Positions 23,932 to 37,668 of a stretch of 64,000 nt of DNA are shown piece after piece (within the stretch, counting starts at the first letter, position 1; each line of letters starts with the position of its first letter). The notes below the pieces were generated by a model. It was not told the origin of the DNA. It did no database searches and worked only from the letters and a program-made list of their open reading frames with translations. Position numbers and translations under genes: made by a program. The stretch is from contig JAQGDQ010000448.1 in NCBI GenBank assembly GCA_030141605.1, forward strand, positions 62,001 through 126,000, read 5' to 3'. This DNA is from Tubiluchus corallicola. Lineage: Eukaryota > Animalia > Priapulida.

Positions 23932-24990
23932 ACTGGCACCAAACTAAGGGACAAAAATTACCTTTCAATAAAATTATCTCAGTATCCACATTCCATGTAG
24001 GATTTATTTTACAGAATTTATTTATTATTATTTATAAGTATGTTTGCTGCACGATTTTGTGCAGTTTGAAATTTTTGTGCAATACTCCTTCCAGCTATGG
24101 CAGGCAGCTGTGACCTCTTCTAGTCCTAGTCGAGACATTCCTTTTCCTCAGGACAAGCATCAAGTAGTAGATCTTGGGCCTCCTTGTGTGGCAGTCAAAT
24201 GTCGTAATTTCTTTGTAATGGAAAAAGAGGATATCAAAATGTTTGCACAAAAAGGTGATTTGCACTTCTGTGGGTCTCATTGGACATTGTGTTAAATAAT
24301 GCTTGATTTTGTCGCTTTTGTAGATGTCATTGTGATTATACACCTGGCTCTGATGATACCACCATGCCAAAGATTATTTTAATGTTTCCATTTTGAGTAA
24401 AAAAAAAGTTTTTGTTAAAACTTCAGATCATGTTTGCCCTGTCTGTTGCTGTCTGCCTCAGTTTGCTTTGTTAATTATTTTTCTCGTGTCATTTCACTTG
24501 TCTTCATTTAAATGGCAGTTATGGACTGTATATAAACACATTTTTAAATAGCTTCTTTCATTGTAAAACTGGACCGCCACTTGACCAGGGATGTGCAGGC
24601 GTTTTTCCATAATAAGCATTTATTCCAGTTTGCTTGTCTTTGGTTTTCATGGTTCTTGTAGCATCAAAATGGGGGGGGGGGATTCACAGTTCAGATACAG
24701 CGGTTCTAATAGGTGTAATAGATTTTTGGAAGGCACAATAGACATTTATTTACTTTTGCAAGTTGCACCTGAAAGATTCCTTGTGAGACATGTTAGCTTC
24801 ACGCTAGTTTGTTAAAGGAGATTATTTTGCATTTCCAAGTAACTGTGTGAAGGGATTGCTAGACACTTGGCTGGTTGGTCTTCAGGCATCTTCCAGGCCA
24901 CTTCTGCATGATTCATCTAAGTTTTCACATCTGTTGAATATTCTTAATCAAGCTTTTTTGCATTAATAAAGGAAACTCCTTTTTTGGCAA
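23932..24990 (+). promoter_or_regulatory. Onecut 3' UTR (minimum extent) with poly(A) signals
   Basis: AATAAA at 23967-23972 and 24965-24970; CpG-poor U-rich sequence after the stop. The true end is unknown and may extend to ~26 kb. Confidence 0.5.
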
Positions 24991-27900
24991 CTTGACATAT
25001 TTATTTAAATTTAATAAGATTCTTTGTTAATCCTGTTATGCCTGTTAACTTCTTACCTTCATATTTGAAAATGCATATTTTGAAATTTTTTGATTTGTGA
25101 TTTCTCATTACAGCAGTTACCTGTCTTTGTAACTGCTGTAACAGCTTTTTATTTTGGGCGTTTCTATCTTTTTGCTACCTTGTGGACCAGCACTTTTAAG
25201 GCATTTGTCCAAACATCAGACCAACTCCTACTTAACTCTTGTAAATAGATTCTTTGTTGTCTGTAGTCCATTTTCCTTGTTTCCATTAAGTCCAAGTAGA
25301 AGTTCTTTTATCTCAAGACGGTGGGTGTGTACAGCCTTTTGCACTGTACAGTTATTGTAACCCCGCACTGTGTGTGCATGTCATATTAGTGATATTTTAT
25401 CAGTTACAGTATATAATATTATACTACTGTATTATGTAAACAATGCGTCATTTTATAGAGCAAGTGAATCAGGAGGCAGTGAAATAGTCATTGTAACAAC
25501 CATAGCTATTGTTATGTATATGTCTTGCACTAAGCTGTGGCACTAGTGGTTGATATAATTATTGTATCGCTGTAATGAACAGTGAAATCATATTACGTTG
25601 TAAATAGATTATAATATTAGTGACTGTGCGAATACTATGAACTTGGATGCAAATGCATTCAGCTGCAAATTTTTCATGGTTTACCAGTCTATATGTCTAT
25701 TATTTCTCAACCTATGAGTGCTATTTTTTTAGAATTTCATTTTCTACTTCCAAGTTTTTTTCTGCTAGGTTCATTTTCATTTTGCTCTTGTCTGTGAGAA
25801 CATAAAGGTGATGCTATTACCTCGTTAATTAACATTGGTAATATTACAAAGTAAAAACAATATGAGGTAGAAAATGTAAGAAAATTTTTGGTCTTGTCAC
25901 AATAAGAGAGACCTGTAATATTGGTTGCCACTGTGCTACTTTAATTTCGTGTGCAATATGGTCAGTTTTTCAGTAAAAGACACTTGGATATTAAATTTAC
26001 ATGTTGGATCGCCTGTAAAAATGATTTTCTTCAGCAGTAATAATCACCTTCCCACAAATTTTCTTAACGTAGAATTAATAGAGACCCTAAGTGGAGTAAC
26101 TACCTACATTTCTTGTTAGCCCAGAAAACCTAGAATGAAGAAGCCCCAAGAAGCCACTTTTCCTTTGTTACTAGATACACAAATTGTACATACTTTTGGC
26201 AATTGCTAGAGCTTTTTATGTTGGAGGTGTGAGCGAGTGTTCCAACAGACAGGAAATTGCAAGAAGATCACTGTTTTAGCACATCTCTTGTTGCAATGTT
26301 AGGATTGAATGATGGAAACGGTTGTCCGTCCCAAAAACGCTCGATGGCCGGCTTAGTGTCTCATCTTAAAGAATTAGCTTTGATAATGATTCAAATCTTA
26401 TGTCATGTAGAATTTATCTGAACATGATCAGAAGTGCTTAGTTATAAATACTTGAATACCACTGGTATAATGCTGATAATAATAGCTTTATCCACAAAAG
26501 TGACTCAGTGCTGCATAGATTTTCGCTTCCTATTGTATGTTTCAGATTGTGATCGATTCTAATGTTGCTTATGTGTTATATTTATTGTTTCCAAATAATA
26601 TAGTCGTAAACAACCGATGGTTTAATCGCAGACAGGTAACTCTCGGGCTGTAACTCTGAAAATTGCACACGGCTAAGGTATAACTAAGAGTGGCTTCTTT
26701 GTAGGCGTTACATGTTTTTAATTTGTCATACATTGTAAAATGATTTGTTGGGAAACATTTTTCTCTGGAACTTGAACATTCCACTGGTAGCTTTTCAGCA
26801 GCATATAGCTGCAGGATGTAATTAAAATTTTCTGTCCTGCGAGCAGGCAGTAATTTTCTATTATTAGTTCTGCAGCCGCTTCTACGTCATGGTGTTAGGC
26901 AAACGTCAAAAATTAATTACGAAAATGTTTAACTGAACCTTCACTGAATGCATTTTGAAGTCATACGGTGATCTTAAAGTTGTCCGCGTTTTATGCAGAT
27001 AACACCTGAGTAAACTTGTGTAAGATAGTGTACGACTAAATTAGTGTGTATTGTGATTGTAGCATAATTATTTATCTCTATGTTTTATGATGTATTTATG
27101 TTTAATTATTTATTATTATGGTTATGCTGTTTTTGAAGCCAAAGCTAATTAGTTAAATTAAACCATCATGTTGTGATGAAGCCAGCGCAATTATAAGTGC
27201 CCACGTTTACCTTGCACAGTTATTTTCTCTTATTTCACCAGGAGCAATGAAATGCTGTTTTACACAAAATGCTTCAGCCTTTTATACACTTGCAGAGGTT
27301 CTCTGCATTTAATGTTTTAGGTAATATTATTACATATATATACATATATATAGTCAAGAAACTTTGTATAAATGTAACTTACCGCCACACAATTCATGAA
27401 AAATATGAAAAATTGACCTCAAATTAATTTTTAAATATGTTAAACAGTTTCTTATTGTACACCTATTATGGGCAGCTCGTTATTAAGGTCCACTTTTTAT
27501 TAGAAAAACTTATAAGTTGAACTACAAATTGTCTTGCGAAAGTTGGCTTTTTATAGGCTATAAACGAATTTTGTTTGCTTATATTTTTTTTGATAAAATT
27601 CATTTGAAAGTGAAGTGCTTATGTGTTTGTTATTTCAGTAAACGAGTGGTAAAATGATTACCACTGTCTTCATCAACAGTTTTGTCTGCCCTACCAATTT
27701 ACAAGCTTTTACTTCAGTTTATGTTTATCAATAATTTAGTCGTCTTGTTATATGAACATGCACGCATTGTAATGTCATTCGGGTGGCCTCAGTAATTGAT
27801 TGGCTTAAAATCACGTTGTTGCACAATGCTGATTACTAGTCACGATAGTCCAAAGACTTGTATACATTTATTTATTTTACTACGAATGTATTATTTTAAT

Positions 27901-29228
27901 GAGTTTTTAGTTGATAGTGTGAGCAAAGTAGGCATAGTGTTTGTGCTTTTAGTAAAATGTGTCGGAAAAATGGGTATAATGACTTTTTACTTGATTTAAT
28001 TGTTACTAATTTATTTCGCTTTTTGGTCTTTTCTCATTTTTTAAATTGTAATGCAAAACCGTTTGTTTGATTCATTAAAAAGTGGTTAGGTGTTAGGCTA
28101 GCAGTAATTTTTAGTAAGAGTGTCTGGATGCGATGTTGATTAAAAATTGTGTTAGCTTTCCTAACTTTTTTAGGAAACTAAGCTTTATTGAAAGGAAAGG
28201 TCATAATTTAATCAATACTTCTAGCTAATTAGAGGCTATATGAGCTTACAATATTACTTATAGAAGGCTTATATCACAATACATCAAGAAAATCTACTAA
28301 AGATGTTGTTGGATTGACATTAAATTTTGGTCATTTATCTCGAAATTGTGTGATGTGAAGTTGGCTTAAGTTCGCAGATACCAAAATCGTTTTTGTATTA
28401 TTAAGCCTGTGTGTAACGCACTGTCAAAACTCTTGTTCTTTCAATAATGGCTTGTCGCTTACTATATGAGCGAGTTTTAGGTTAGCAATCAAGCTTACCT
28501 TGTGTATGAATTAGTTTACCTTGTTTCTGTATAATTAATTATGAATAGTTAGATTACACATTGTGATCCAGTACAGTAATAAATCTTATCGCTTTTACGT
28601 TTGTAACCTTCTATACCCGAAGAATATAGGCCCATTTGAACTGATCTGAGGTAGCTGTAATATGTTAATCTCTTCAATATTTTTTGTAGTAAATGTTTGT
28701 TCCAGTCTGTGGTAGAAATGTACAGGGCAGGTGTAAATTTCACGAGTTAACTAATTATTACCTGCTGTCTACGACTCTATGTATTTATTTATTTACTTTT
28801 TAGACTCGTTTCCTGATGAAGTTAATAAAGAAATAGTCAAAACAATCGTATTTACGTGTGTTTTTTGAGAAGAAAGTTTTTATAGTTATTAAATTCATAT
28901 TATATCATACTAGCTTGTTGTTTTCACTAGGCCAAGGCTTAGAAATAATTTCGCCAAGCAAAATAACATGCGAAGCGGTGGATCCGATTAACTATAGTAC
29001 ATGTATATTTGAGATTGGGTTAGACAAGATCACAAAATTCATAGCAATATTCAAGTGCAGTACACTTATGTAGTATTATTGTTACTGTGTGGATTGCACT
29101 GCGTTAGAGAAGACAGTCTGACTACACGGTTTAATAAGATAAAATTAATTTTGTTATTTATAACCTTAGACCAGGCTAGACGAGACTAGTGACACTAGAT
29201 TAATTATAAGGCTAGATTACTCTCTGGT

Positions 29229-29292
29229 TGATTGATTATCTCTGTAGAGTTTTTATCAGTGATTATCAATGTTTTTAATGGCAAATAAAGAT

Positions 29293-29339
<47 letters not shown>
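29229..29339 (+). mobile_element. LINE 3'-tail fragment ending in (TA)n, homologous to the 3' end of the element at 49427-51540
   Basis: ~72 bp with 2 mismatches to the reverse complement of 49441-49512, followed by (TA)n of about 22 units. Confidence 0.88.
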
Positions 29340-29340
<1 letters not shown>

Positions 29341-30869
29341 TCAGAATGATTGTAATAATCGTTAAACCACATTAAAATATTTTGTTATTTCGAAGTGTGG
29401 ACACAACAAATGTACAGACTGCTACATGCATAGGGTACATGATACACTTTTGGCAAGAGAATTATTATGTATTGATTCATTTTATGATACTTTATTTAGA
29501 AGTAAAGAAATACATGGTGGCAAAATATAAGAATAAACGACGGAACGAACAATTATTGAAGTTTGTTTTCATTATGTAAGAAACAGTCAATAGTGAAACA
29601 CAACAAAATCAGAATGTAATATATTGGGGTGGCTGATTTGATACCGTTTCCCGTTAAATTAATACATGCAAATTATGTTTTTAATGGAATAAATTAATCT
29701 AAAATCTAATCTGTAAATTTTATATGAAAAGGTGCAGTAGTATTATGTGTCTTTAAAGTACAAAAAGATAAACTATTCGTAACGGTTATACATTATCAGT
29801 GTTTATAAGCAAACAATTGTACACTGCACAAGGTATAATATTAGTGAGAAAATTATAGTAAGGCTTGGTTAACATAAAATAACGGTTTTCAGAAGCGTAC
29901 CTGTATGCCTATCTACCTTATGCATTTATGTTTTATTCGAAAATTTCACATTTAATAATAACACTGTAAAATAGGCAAAAGAAAAAGAGTACAAATGATA
30001 AAAATGAAAAAATGACACCTGTGGCCTTACGCTGTAATACATTTACCTATATTCTTTTTACCTGCATTCAGAAATTTTGCGCCCCTGCAAAAACAACCCA
30101 GTCGTTTCCAATCATTCGAGCTTTCTAAATAGAGATTTGGTAGAATAAATAGCAGTATAATGACTAGTAAAATAAATAGTGAAAACCAGGTGTTATTTTT
30201 TTGTCAAAAATGTTTTTATTTTGGCCAACAGGACCCTTTTGAATATGAAGAACAAAAAGGGTAGGGGCTCAAGCCCTCTTAATTAGCCCTACCCTGTGCA
30301 CTTGCCTGCAATCTTTAGTTGGCTATTTGTGCAAATAAAGGACGTAATGAAGCACGGACATATATGCGGACCATTATAATTGCTGAAAGAATGCAAAGCT
30401 TATTGACGTCACGACGGGAAAAAGCAGTTGGAAAGTATCTAAAAGCAGATCTAAGCTGAAAAAAGTGTGATGACTTTTATGACCAAATTGAGATTTATGA
30501 AAAATTATGTGAAAATTGTGGACGAAATTGTGGTGAAGCGTGATGAGAAAATTTTAAAATTTATAGAATTACTGAATGGAAATTAAACATAATAAAATTA
30601 TAGTGGAATTATATAGCATAGCCAAAGTGAATCGCCTGTAGTCGTGTTGAGGTCGTGAGAAAACACAGCTAAAAGTTTTTTGATTGGTTATCGAAAGACA
30701 GAGAGCAGCAGGTAAGCCAGAGCTATGTTTTTCACTGTTGTTGATATTTAGTAAATCAATTAATATTTCATTAATGCAAAAACTTAAAATGTTATATTGG
30801 CTTTAAATTTCAGTTGTAAACCATTGAATGTAGCTATTTATTCGCTAGCTTTCTTCACGTAACTTTAAA

Positions 30870-30924
30870 ATGTCTACGCCGATTGATGGTATCGAAGAAC
30901 GTACGAAAAGCAAGAAACCGTCAG
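30870..30924 (+). CDS. TMEM30A: TMEM30A/CDC50A (P4-ATPase flippase beta subunit) coding exon 1
   Basis: MSTPIDGIEERTKSKKPS+G|GTTAGC, phase 1, joins to [14 protein letters not shown]; probable upstream non-coding exon with donor at 30711/30712 (G|GTAAGC). Confidence 0.85.
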
Positions 30925-31059
30925 GTTAGCGTCTTAGTCTACTCTTAATTATGCTATAGCTTGATTAAACTATAAACTAGTATGTCTGTACTGTAGTATG
31001 GTTTGGACTGCAAAACACAGTTTATTAACTTGAGCTAGGCACCCTTGACCCGCAGTAGA

Positions 31060-31750
31060 ACAACGTAGAGAAGTGGCAGAGAGACAGCTTGTATAGATTA
31101 TATGCTCAAGGACAATAAACACCATATTGGGGAATGGTTTTTGGAATATGACCAGTAAAGCAAATGATACATTACAAAAAGTTGATGTGGTTGATGCGAA
31201 CTTTATAGGTGAGTAGTGAAACGCGTGATGTGAAAAAATTGCCAGGTGGGTGTGACATAAAGTCTAAAAAATGTGGAACTTCGAGAAGGAAGTTGGGTTT
31301 AAGAAATGAAAAAAGTATATTAAATTAATATAAATCAAGAGTTTGTGAAGAGAACGAAGAAATCAGGACGGAAAAGATATATTAAAAAAGCAATTAGAAG
31401 ATATATAAATGGTGAGGGAGAAAAATGTTGAGAGATGAAAAATTGAGAGATGTTGAGAGATCATACGGCTTGAATTGTATTAATGAATGTGGAAGTGAGA
31501 TTAGAATTAAACAAATTATAAAATGGAAACCAAACATGATAGAAGTGAAGTCAGTCTATAGAAATAAATATAGAGATTTAAACTTACGCTGCCCATTGTG
31601 TAAAATCAGGAAGACTGTACTGAACACTTATTAGAGTTTTCAGTCACAAATAGTGTGTTAAGTGGTGAAGAAAATAAATGTGCAAAAGAAAATTTGTTAA
31701 GTAACGAAATAGAAATGGTGATTAGAATAAACAAACAAATAAATAAGGTA
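31060..31750 (+). mobile_element. Decayed 3' fragment of a non-LTR retrotransposon (RTE/RTEX-like) in TMEM30A intron 1
   Basis: A-rich frameshifted coding-like sequence ending in NMIEVKSVYRNKYRDLNLRCPLCK..(frameshift)EDCTEHLLE, a C-terminal CCHC zinc knuckle. Confidence 0.6.
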
Positions 31751-32922
31751 ATGTGAACTAAAAACTGCAATCGTCATGCTAAGTTTCAGATTTTCTGGTC
31801 AAAATTGTTAATCATGGGATTTCTAATTTTACATTTGATTTGCCGTTGGTACTCAAAAATTTGACACTATTTCATACTTTATTTCAAATTTGCTCGTCGT
31901 AATTATATGGATTGCTATTCGGTTTTATATTTGACTTACTTTTAGTGCTAATCAAAATTTTGAACCGAATGTAAAATTGCATTTTTACTGCAGAGGTTTT
32001 GTAGCACTACCATCCGAAAGACTAAATCGGTTTTAAAGACTGAATATTAATATAATTCTAATTGTGTATGACAATTGTGTTTTTTAGTAATTTGATTAGG
32101 AACTGCTAAATATTAATAATTTTTCATGTTGTAACCACCAGTAAAAAGTGTCCGTCTTTAATTAGTTCCAGTAAATTTATTTTTAATCACTGCTACATGA
32201 CTACTGGATTCTAATCATTCTATTACCATCTGTCGCAAACTTGGAAAATTGGCACCGTGCATTTTGGCACCATGTCACAAACCTGTAAAAGTTCTAGTTA
32301 TTTTTTGTTTGCTCCTAAAGTGTGGGAGTTTTTAAGCTATCAAACTGAAGGTTTTTTGTATCTAAAGGAAGTTCATGAAAAGCATATTATTAGTATTTTG
32401 TCGACCTTCACTGTAGTTCCTAGCTAGAGATAAATAAAAGCGAAGAACAATTCATTCAAACATCACGATGCTATTACTTATTTACAACAATTGTACAATG
32501 TTAGACGACATGTTGAAATACGATAATAAATGTGTTAGAGGTCATATTGTCCAACTATTTCACGTGCCAGGCAGGTTTTTCCCAAGTACCTACTTCCTGC
32601 CTACCATATGCATTTAGATAATTACGTAATTAATGGGGTGGTGACAGTAGTGATTCACTTGGCTTTAAAGTTATACATTACATTTAAGCTACAGAAGTTT
32701 ATGTTCCTACTATACATGGAATACATCTTAACTAGCTTTAAGTAGAATAATATACAATAATTGTCTAATCAGAAAGATGTTTCTGACACCATCTAATTTA
32801 TGTATTTTTTTGGAGAAAGATGTTTAGTTCAGTGGTATAGTATTTTCGAACCTTGCTACTTTTTTACTATACTTGGAAAAACATCTACGGTATTAAATTT
32901 TTATCATTTTGTGATACTGCAG

Positions 32923-33056
32923 ATTCAGCTTTTAGACAACAGAAGCTTCCAGCATGGCAGCCAATACTAACGGCGGGAACTGTTCTGCCTATGTTTTTTG
33001 TTATTGGAATTTTGTTTGTTCCGATCGGAATAGGCTTATTGATCACTTCAAACAAT
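32923..33056 (+). CDS. TMEM30A: TMEM30A exon 2
   Basis: [44 protein letters not shown] (CDC50 signature plus TM1); CAG| acceptor and |GTAAGT donor. Confidence 0.95.
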
Positions 33057-33778
33057 GTAAGTTTTTGTTCAGTTTATGTTTTGTAAACCTGCGTGTATCA
33101 TAACTGAATTTTTGTCTTAATGATAAATTCCACATAAAGAAATGAAATCTGGCAAAATGCCAGCCAATTTGCAGCTAATAAAACTAATTAAAAATTTGTA
33201 AAGCCTAGTATTATAACTATGTTCGAGAGGATATATAAATCCAAAAAACATGTCAATCTAAAGATGCTTTTAAATCTAATGCTCCTCTTTTGAACTACTA
33301 TAGTGATACCTAAGCCAATTTGCCAAAACCAGCCAGCTGTGTAACTGTATTAGTCACATATAGATTATGTAAACGTAATCCGAATTTTCTCTCAGTTAAA
33401 TACTGAATTATAGCTGTTTATACGTACATATTGTTACACATTTCTATATCATTAACATTTGTTACGCTGACATTCTATTTCTACTTTTTGTTCCGTAGTT
33501 TATTAGAGCACTAAATCGGTAAGTTACGTTCATTGCTAGTTTCCTTGCAATCGTGTCTTGGATTGAATGTACTGTGTTTTCATTTTTAACAATAAAATCA
33601 TTTTATCATCATTATTAAAATTCTCTTTTGATCTATGCATGTTAAAGTGCTTGCCTGACATAGAAGCCAGTTCTCAGATCTAAACATAGAATTTGAAGTA
33701 CTGTTGAGTTTTGGATGTGGCATTTTGTTTTGAGTACCTTCTGATAAGTTAAAATGTTTACTGATTGTTTTTTAACAG

Positions 33779-33916
33779 GTAATGGAGGAGATTGTAGATT
33801 ACACTGAATGTATGAGCTTGACTACACCCGATAGGACCTGTTTAGATATTACACAGTATCAAGATGGATCCAGCTGCACCTGTGAACTCAATTTTACTCT
33901 AGAAGAAACATTTACT
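33779..33916 (+). CDS. TMEM30A: TMEM30A exon 3
   Basis: VMEEIVDYTECMS...CTCELNFTLEETFT; AACAG| acceptor, |GTGCGT donor, phase 0-0. Confidence 0.92.
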
Positions 33917-34939
33917 GTGCGTAACTCAACGTTAAATGTTTGCGTGAATAACCTGTTTATCCACCTTTTGCGAAATAATTTTGAGTGTTCCTGTAAACTG
34001 TTTGGCTGGTTCAGTGACATGGACAGTGGCTTCCCTGGTTACTTTAATACTGTGATGATAGTAATATTTTCTAGCCATTAGACCACTCTCGACTTGCAGT
34101 AAAAGTTTTTTACCTGACAGTGTTTTCTTTCTATCATTTTCACATTGTTGTAGGCACTCAATGTTTTAGTTTGAATTGTAAACGCACAACCTAACTGACA
34201 TTCTGTACTGATAGAAATGATCCAGCTAGGCGTATGTCGATAAAGGCTTCTCAGCTTTTTCATTTCAGCTTATTGATGTCTAGTGTTCTTCTCCTAGCAT
34301 TAAAACATCTTAAACTATCTAATTTCATTTGTAATGTTATAGATTTTCATTTCTGTTTAATGCTATCCGTGTTGTTGTGTAGCATTTTTAGTGTTACTTT
34401 TTCTAAAGTTTTACTAAAACGTAAATAAGGCAAACACAGCATTTAACCCAACAGCTCTGTACACGTAACATTGTATCTTTATGTAGGTTAGTAATAGCAA
34501 CATATCATGACAATGTGACTGTTTGCTATCAAAATCATTTCAGCAAATTATTACCTTGCTTGTGTTTGTAGTGACCTTTTTGATAAAGTGTTTCTAGCAA
34601 AAAAAGTTTCATGGCTTAAAGTAAAGCCAACAAATCTTCGTATTTTTTTTGTTGTTTTTCTAAAATTTAATGCCTTAGCCTACTATCATGGCCAGTACTA
34701 AGCATTGTTCAACTTAGCTGCTGGTTAGTATTATATTATTAATCTAGGATAAATCATCTGGCTAAATAACTAAGGGAGAACAGGACAAATTTAGTTTGTG
34801 TGGATAGGAATTTAAAAGTTATTAAAATTTACATGTTTATAGTAACTGATGGTGTTATGAGTTGATTCAAATTGTCAGGAACATCCTCCTACAATGTCGT
34901 ACTTTTTAAAGCTACAGTAACAGTTCCATATTTTTGCAG

Positions 34940-35141
34940 GCTCCTGTATACATGTATTATGGATTGACAAATTTTTACCAAAATCATCGTCGTTATGTTA
35001 AATCACGGGATGACAATCAATTGTTAGGAGAAAAAGTTACTGCGGATGATGTAAGTTCTGACTGTGAACCATATGATAAAAATCACACTGATGGTTTCCC
35101 ATATGCTCCATGTGGTGCAATTGCTAACAGCCTCTTCAATG
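34940..35141 (+). CDS. TMEM30A: TMEM30A exon 4
   Basis: [25 protein letters not shown]...[11 protein letters not shown], the hallmark CDC50 motif; phase 0-1. Confidence 0.96.
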
Positions 35142-35763
35142 GTTAGTATGTGAAATCTAGCACTTGTAAGCATTTCACTGTGGATTATATATTTAATGAT
35201 TAATTGCCGTTAATTTGAAACATGTTGTCCTGCCGAGCTACCCCAACAGAATTAAATCTACAGCAAGTTTCTACTCTTTGTTGAACAATTTTTATTACTG
35301 TAAATGCTTTTTTAACTTTCTGTCAATTCCATGCTTGTTGGCAAGCTTAATAGTTTAATTGGTATTGCAACAAAAATTGTCATTGAACAGTTCTACCATA
35401 CAGGGGCATCTTGGAGGTGCCAACTGGATAGCTTTAGAATTGGAATTGTCTTCATGAATATTATATATTGGACTTAAAAGTTCAAAATAGTCAAACGAAA
35501 ATAAGGTAAAATAACTAAAAATCTTAGTTAAAAATAAACTTAATTTAATTGTTACCTTTGGCAATTTCTAGTAACTTCTTAGGCTTCTTTGAGTTTCTTA
35601 GAATCCAAATTCAAGTTGTGGAATTTCGGAGTTTATTTAGCATCATTCATACCTAGATTTACATTATTAACACTATCTACATTATAAAGTACACTAATTT
35701 TGTAAATGTTCCTAATGTACCATTTTTTATTATTTCTGTAGAATAACTAGGTATTTGTTACAG

Positions 35764-35895
35764 ATTCGTTTACACTATCCTATGAAAGTGGTAATGAAAA
35801 TCAACCAGTTGCTGTGAGCAACACGGGCATTGCTTGGCCGACTGATAAAAGTACTAAGTTTGATAATCCAAGTCCCAAAGATAACCTTACTGCAG
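35764..35895 (+). CDS. TMEM30A: TMEM30A exon 5
   Basis: DSFTLSYE...TGIAWPTDKSTKFDNP; phase 1-1; |GTATGT donor. Confidence 0.92.
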
Positions 35896-36590
35896 GTATG
35901 TAGAAAGACTTGGTATATTATAAACAGTGTTCGATATGTTACTAAAAACTGAAGTCTTCTTTCTGTTAATTATATTATGCTATACCTCTTTTCAGCTCAG
36001 TGTTACGATACTTTTACTACACTTCCTTTTAAGGAAATTTCTATTATTTGCAAGAATGTTTGGTGTGTTTGCGACTATCAAGTGTTATCGCAATTAAATT
36101 AATCAAGCAATCAATAATTCTGGGAAACTGAAATGCTGTGAATCAAATGAGGTAAAGAATAAGAAAGTAGGGAAATTTAATAGGACAATGCGAATTATTT
36201 TGTAATATTCATACAACAAAGGGATGTTCTGAAGCCTATCTAACAATTAATATTCAGAGTAACTGAAATGAACTTGAGACTTAGAGACAAATGTATAAAT
36301 TATGTATAAACGCTGTATGTTGCTTGTACACGGCTGCAGGAGTAAGTTAAAAGCAGCCATTTTTAGAAAATGTGAATCCTAATACATGGAAATAATGCAT
36401 CAAAAATATGTGCAGATGATATATGATTTATTCAATGTAATGTCTCGAAAAATTTGAAAGCAGTCGCAGTTTATATTATTGCAGTTCAGTTGTTCCATTA
36501 TCGAGATCCAAGAGTAACATTAACAGAAACTCTCACCGATTCTCAATTTTAATAAATGCTTATATATCATTTCTTTTTTTTACATATTAG

Positions 36591-36809
36591 CTTTTGCGGG
36601 CACTCTAAAGCCAAAGTTCTGGCAAAAGCCGGTTTACGAATTGGATCCGAATAATCCTGGTAATAATGGCTATAAAAATGAGGACTTAATTGTGTGGATG
36701 CGGACAGCTGCTTTGCCCAACTTTCGCAAACTGTACCGTCGCATCAGTCATGAAGGAATCTTTACGGAAGGCTTGCCACCTGGAACTTATCATGTGCGGG
36801 TAGCTTACA
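36591..36809 (+). CDS. TMEM30A: TMEM30A exon 6
   Basis: FAGTLKPKFWQKPVYELD...NEDLIVWMRTAALPNFRKLYRRI; phase 1-1. Confidence 0.95.
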
Positions 36810-37502
36810 GTATGTATCAAAATTTCTAAGTTACTTAAGCCTCTATAATGCCTAACATACACAATTGTTATAATAAAGCTTCTGCTAGTTGTAGTGCAGC
36901 TGTTTAAAATTTATTAAGACTTCATAAAGGAGTTAAAACATGAAGTGTGTAGGAAGTTTTGAGTAATTTTTTATAAACTTTTTAATAGTTGTAATACGAT
37001 TAGTTCTTCTGCTACACGTATCACTGAAATTTCTATGGACAAATGTGCATTTCATTGTTTTTGTTTTTGTAAGTTACTCATTATATTCATACAGTTCTGT
37101 AAGTCAGTCGAAAGCAAAAGCCGTAACGTAGCTAATTGGGCGCAGTAGCCATAATAGTGCATTTGCAATTATTTTGGTAAGGACAAAACTGAAAACAGTT
37201 TGGTTTTACACGTGATATGCACATAAATAGAAAGCTGGTAAAGTAGAGGAGAAATATTTTGATAAATTTAAAAATGGTACTAAGACTTGACTTAATATAA
37301 CTTGCTACGTTTTCAGATTGGAATGTGAACCAAACAAAATTCATTGTACTACAGTGAGACCTATTAATATTTTTGTGAAAGTCACAGTGAAAACGCAATA
37401 ATTTTGTTAATTAAACTGACCAGCAGAATTGCTAGTAATTGTATATGATCAGCAAGTGCTGTAACATCTATTCGATAAATAGATAGTGATTTGATATTTC
37501 AG

Positions 37503-37668
37503 ATTATCCAGTAGCTCAGTTTTCTGGCACGAAGAGTTTCATACTCTCTACATCATCTTGGTTAGGAGGGAAGAACCCTTTTCTTGGTATTGCCTATATT
37601 GTTGTGGGCTGCATTTGTTTTCTCTTGGGAATTGCATTCCTCATTATCCATATAAAGTATGGAAAAAG
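37503..37668 (+). CDS. TMEM30A: TMEM30A exon 7
   Basis: [36 protein letters not shown]...IHIKYGK (TM2); donor AG|GTTAGT, phase 2. Confidence 0.95.

Noticed and set aside
14420-27190. Identical 16-mer GATGAAGCCAGCGCAA at 14420-14435 and 27175-27190
   Set aside because: One 16-mer repeat in 64 kb is near chance expectation and the flanks do not align.
28540-28745. Minus-strand ...TTDWNKHLLQ... resembling a LINE linker fragment
   Set aside because: Too short and frameshifted to call.
28800-28860. CCTGATGAAG...CAAAAC resembling a Penelope-type hammerhead ribozyme
   Set aside because: The catalytic GAAA is not at the stem II junction and stems I/II do not pair convincingly; at best a dead relic.
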